From contig OZ220701.1 of the NCBI GenBank assembly GCA_965116745.1, forward strand, positions 436,744 to 500,743: DNA of 64,000 nt, read 5' to 3'. This stretch comes from Alphaproteobacteria bacterium (GTDB lineage: Bacteria; Pseudomonadota; Alphaproteobacteria; TMED109). Both the position numbers and the translations under genes were made by a program. Position 1 is the first letter of the stretch, and each line of letters opens with the position of its first letter. Below the pieces are notes generated by a model that was not told the DNA's origin, ran no database searches, and worked only from the letters and a program-made list of their open reading frames with translations. Shown here in pieces: positions 61,506 through 64,000 of the stretch.

Positions 61506-62459
61506 ATGTTCGAGAAACGTAGCGACCTGAACAAGCTTCTCGTCGTTGCTGAAACAGGACAGATCCTTTCCGCAGCAGACAAGCTTGCGATTACCCAGCC
61601 CGCCCTGTCACGAATCGTCAGCAAGCTCGAGGAGCAGTTCAGGGGCCGGTTGTTCGAACGCCTGCCGACGGGCGTCCGCCTCACCGAGCTCGGATCCATC
61701 GTGACGGAACTGGCCCGGCGCCTGCTGAGAGAAATCGAGGACGCGGAAGACATCGTGTTCTCGATGGTGTCCGGGCGATCCGGCACGTACCGCGTCACGG
61801 CCGGACCGGTGTGGATGCAGGCCGTACTGCCGAGCGCGGTCGCCCGCTTCCACGAGACCTTTCCCAGCGTCGAACTGAAGCTCCAGACCACCGCCTACAA
61901 GGAAGGCATCTGGCTGCTGACGAACGGCAAGACCGACATGCACTGCGGCGGGCTGGACACCAACGAGCCCCTCCCTCCGTTTCTCACCCGTGAGCACGTC
62001 CTGGACACGACGCTTGGCATCGTGGCCCACCGGGACCATCCGCTCCATGCGCGCAGGCCCACGTACGGCGATCTCGCGGACTACCCGTGGATTGACTTCG
62101 ATGCGGTGCTGCATGGGGAAGGTCCTTCGGTCAGGTCGTTGCTGGGCGACCTTCTGAAACGACTCCATCGACGAACCGGCCGACAGGTAAGGACGATCAT
62201 CCGCACGAATTCCGTCGGCCTGTTCCTGATGGCCACCGGTCCGTACCTGTCCTACCTCTCGTCCACGCTGATCGAGAACATTCCGGAGTTCCAGCTCAGG
62301 CCCCTGCCGCTGAAACTGGGGACGCACCGCTATCGGGCGGGCATCGTGTCGCGACGTTCGACCGAGAGCCTTGAGCCGTTCAGGTACCTGAAACAGATGA
62401 TCCGCGAGGTGGCCCAGGGGCGGCGCTTCGGGCCACCCGGATTGGCCGCCGGCACCTGA
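61506..62459 (+). CDS. LysR-family transcriptional regulator
   Basis: LLVVAETGQILSAADKLAITQPALSRIVSKLEEQFRGRLFERLPTGVRLTELG (HTH_1), followed by a LysR substrate-binding domain. Confidence 0.85.
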   Translation: MFEKRSDLNKLLVVAETGQILSAADKLAITQPALSRIVSKLEEQFRGRLFERLPTGVRLTELGSIVTELARRLLREIEDAEDIVFSMVSGRSGTYRVTAGPVWMQAVLPSAVARFHETFPSVELKLQTTAYKEGIWLLTNGKTDMHCGGLDTNEPLPPFLTREHVLDTTLGIVAHRDHPLHARRPTYGDLADYPWIDFDAVLHGEGPSVRSLLGDLLKRLHRRTGRQVRTIIRTNSVGLFLMATGPYLSYLSSTLIENIPEFQLRPLPLKLGTHRYRAGIVSRRSTESLEPFRYLKQMIREVAQGRRFGPPGLAAGT

Positions 62460-62630
62460 GCGACGCCGCCGGGCAAGACTGTCCGTCTGGTGGGGCCGGG
62501 CCGGGCGTGACGGGGAGTTGCCGGCCGCCCGACCGGAGGGGATGACGGCCGCGTCACCCGTCTCCGCACCGACGGTGATCCGGCCGTCCGGCCGCCGCTC
62601 GGCCTATCATGAAGCCGCCGAGACGGGCGG

Positions 62631-62990
62631 ATGATGATCTGGATTCACTTGACGGCCGCCACGCTGGCGCTGGGGCTCGGGATGGCGAACCTGGCGCTTG
62701 CCAAGGGCACCCGGCGGCATCGCATCTTCGGCTGGATGTGGCTCGTGACCATGTCCTTCGTGACGCTGTCCTCGTTCCCGATCCGCGAGTTGAACGAGGG
62801 CGCGTTCAGCTGGATCCACGGGCTCACGGTTTGGACGCTCTTCTGCATGGCGGTCGCGATCATCGCCATCCGCCGAGGCCGGGTCCGCACCCATGCCGGC
62901 TTCATGATCGGCACGATGGTGGGGGTGATCGTCGCGGGCCTGTTCGCGCTCGCGCCGGGACGCTTCATCAGCAGTCTCCTTGGCGCGTGA
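62631..62990 (+). CDS. DUF2306-like small membrane protein
   Basis: Four hydrophobic segments, with HLTAATLALGLG...HRIFGWMW...IHGLTVW as recalled for DUF2306. Confidence 0.55.
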   Translation: MMIWIHLTAATLALGLGMANLALAKGTRRHRIFGWMWLVTMSFVTLSSFPIRELNEGAFSWIHGLTVWTLFCMAVAIIAIRRGRVRTHAGFMIGTMVGVIVAGLFALAPGRFISSLLGA

Positions 62991-63432
62991 TGCCGGCGCT
63001 TTCCGCTGGCCTGCCGGTGCCGGCACGGACCCCTCGCCGCACCGCCTGACGGCCGACGCAACGCTTCGCTGGCGTTCCGTCGGCACCCCGATGGAGCGCC
63101 GCCGGGCACGCGCCGGACTTCGGTGCCACGCATCCGGCCCGGCGCGGGTCCGCGGTCGGCTCCGTTCGATCGTCGCGGCCGGCGCGGGCTGTCTGCAAGG
63201 GGAACGTCGACCCGGGCCCGCCGGTCGGTGCCGCAGCGGCCACCGGCGCTCCAGCCGGAACGCCCGCACATTCGGGAACCGGGGCGTCGTGCCTCGGCGG
63301 CCGGGCCTTCGGGCGACCCCAGTCCGGACCCGACGCCGTCCTCGTGCGAGCAGGCACCCGGGCCGCACGCACTAACCTGTCGGCCGACGTTCCGCTTCGG
63401 AACGGACCGTTCTTCGCCGGGAGACCAGACCC

Positions 63433-64000
63433 ATGAACTTGCCCGAACCTTCGACCGTTCGTCGCGTTGGCATCATCGGAGCAGGCACGATCGGGGCGTC
63501 CTGGGCCGCGTATTTCCTCGCGCGCGGGCTGGAGGTCGACGCGTGGGACCCGGCGCCCGATGCCGAGGAGAAGCTGCGGACGTTCGTGGACAGTGCCTGG
63601 CCGGTCCTGGAGAAACTCGATTGCGTGGTCGTCGGCGCTGGCCCGGGCCGGGTCCGTTTCCACGCCGATCCCGCGGAAGCCGTGGCCGGGGCCGAGTTCG
63701 TGCAGGAGAGTGCACCGGAAACCCTCGACCTGAAACGGTCGCTGTACGCCGAAGTGAACGCGGCGCTGCCGCAGAACGCCATCCTCGCGAGCTCGACTTC
63801 GGGCCTGCTGATGTCCGAAATGCAGGCGGGGTGTTCCAATGCCGCGCGCTTCGTGGTGGGGCATCCCTTCAACCCGCCCCACTTGATCCCACTGGTGGAG
63901 GTCCTGGGCGGCGCCGAAACCGATCCTCGCGCGGTCGACTGGGCGATCGGCTTCTACAACGCGCTGGGGAAGAAGGCGATCCGGCTCAACCGGGAGGTGT
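63433..64000 (+). CDS. 3-hydroxyacyl-CoA dehydrogenase family protein (L-carnitine dehydrogenase-like); runs off the right edge
   Basis: VGIIGAGTIGASWAAYFLARGLEVDAWDP (NAD fold), ...ESAPETLDLKRSLY...ILASSTSGL...GHPFNPPHLIPLVEV. It is not in the ORF track because no stop lies in the window. Confidence 0.8.
   Translation, partial: MNLPEPSTVRRVGIIGAGTIGASWAAYFLARGLEVDAWDPAPDAEEKLRTFVDSAWPVLEKLDCVVVGAGPGRVRFHADPAEAVAGAEFVQESAPETLDLKRSLYAEVNAALPQNAILASSTSGLLMSEMQAGCSNAARFVVGHPFNPPHLIPLVEVLGGAETDPRAVDWAIGFYNALGKKAIRLNREV

Overview
This is a GC-rich (by eye about two-thirds G+C), proteobacterial-type chromosomal segment. It is a mosaic of housekeeping-like operons and decayed mobile DNA. No homology search was run; every call rests on reading translations and recalling family motifs.

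Left to right:
- A hybrid histidine kinase running off the left edge.
- TbpB/fHbp-like lipoproteins interleaved with IS630, IS5, Mrr and methylase fragments.
- A minus-strand amide uptake and catabolism operon: Tat-exported AmiC/UrtA-type binding protein, LivH/M/G-like ABC components, a LivF-type ATPase fused in frame to an amidase, and an acyl-CoA synthetase.
- A flotillin gene, then an AmiC-like cytoplasmic sensor divergent from a MarR gene.
- An outer-membrane beta-barrel gene whose 3-prime end is duplicated about 3.5 kb downstream. The duplication brackets a decayed island that carries a solute-binding-domain autotransporter, higBA, a TnpB fragment and a serine-recombinase fragment.
- More toxin-antitoxin (TA) modules and IS debris, a TonB-dependent receptor, a tRNA-like fragment, a lone type I-E-like CRISPR repeat and a DUF4143 ATPase.
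- An EmrAB-type efflux pair.
- hyuA and hyuB split by an inserted VapC module.
- A GSU2403-like nucleotidyltransferase, then an M16 peptidase pair.

The most interesting part is a roughly 14-16 kb cluster of eukaryote-like sterol genes at 45.2-58.9 kb, possibly extending to 62.5 kb. It contains:
- a GOLPH3/GPP34 domain fused to a cytochrome P450;
- an ERG6-type sterol C-24 methyltransferase;
- an HpnN/MMPL-like RND exporter with a LolA-like partner;
- a Rieske oxygenase and an FAD oxidoreductase;
- a Tsx/OmpK-like outer-membrane channel;
- an extended SDR translationally coupled to a steroid 5-alpha-reductase.

No squalene epoxidase or oxidosqualene cyclase is present in the window. I read this as a candidate sterol tailoring and trafficking system that has not been characterised as a unit.

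Many long ORFs in the supplied track are antisense or off-frame shadows of real genes, and I rejected them.
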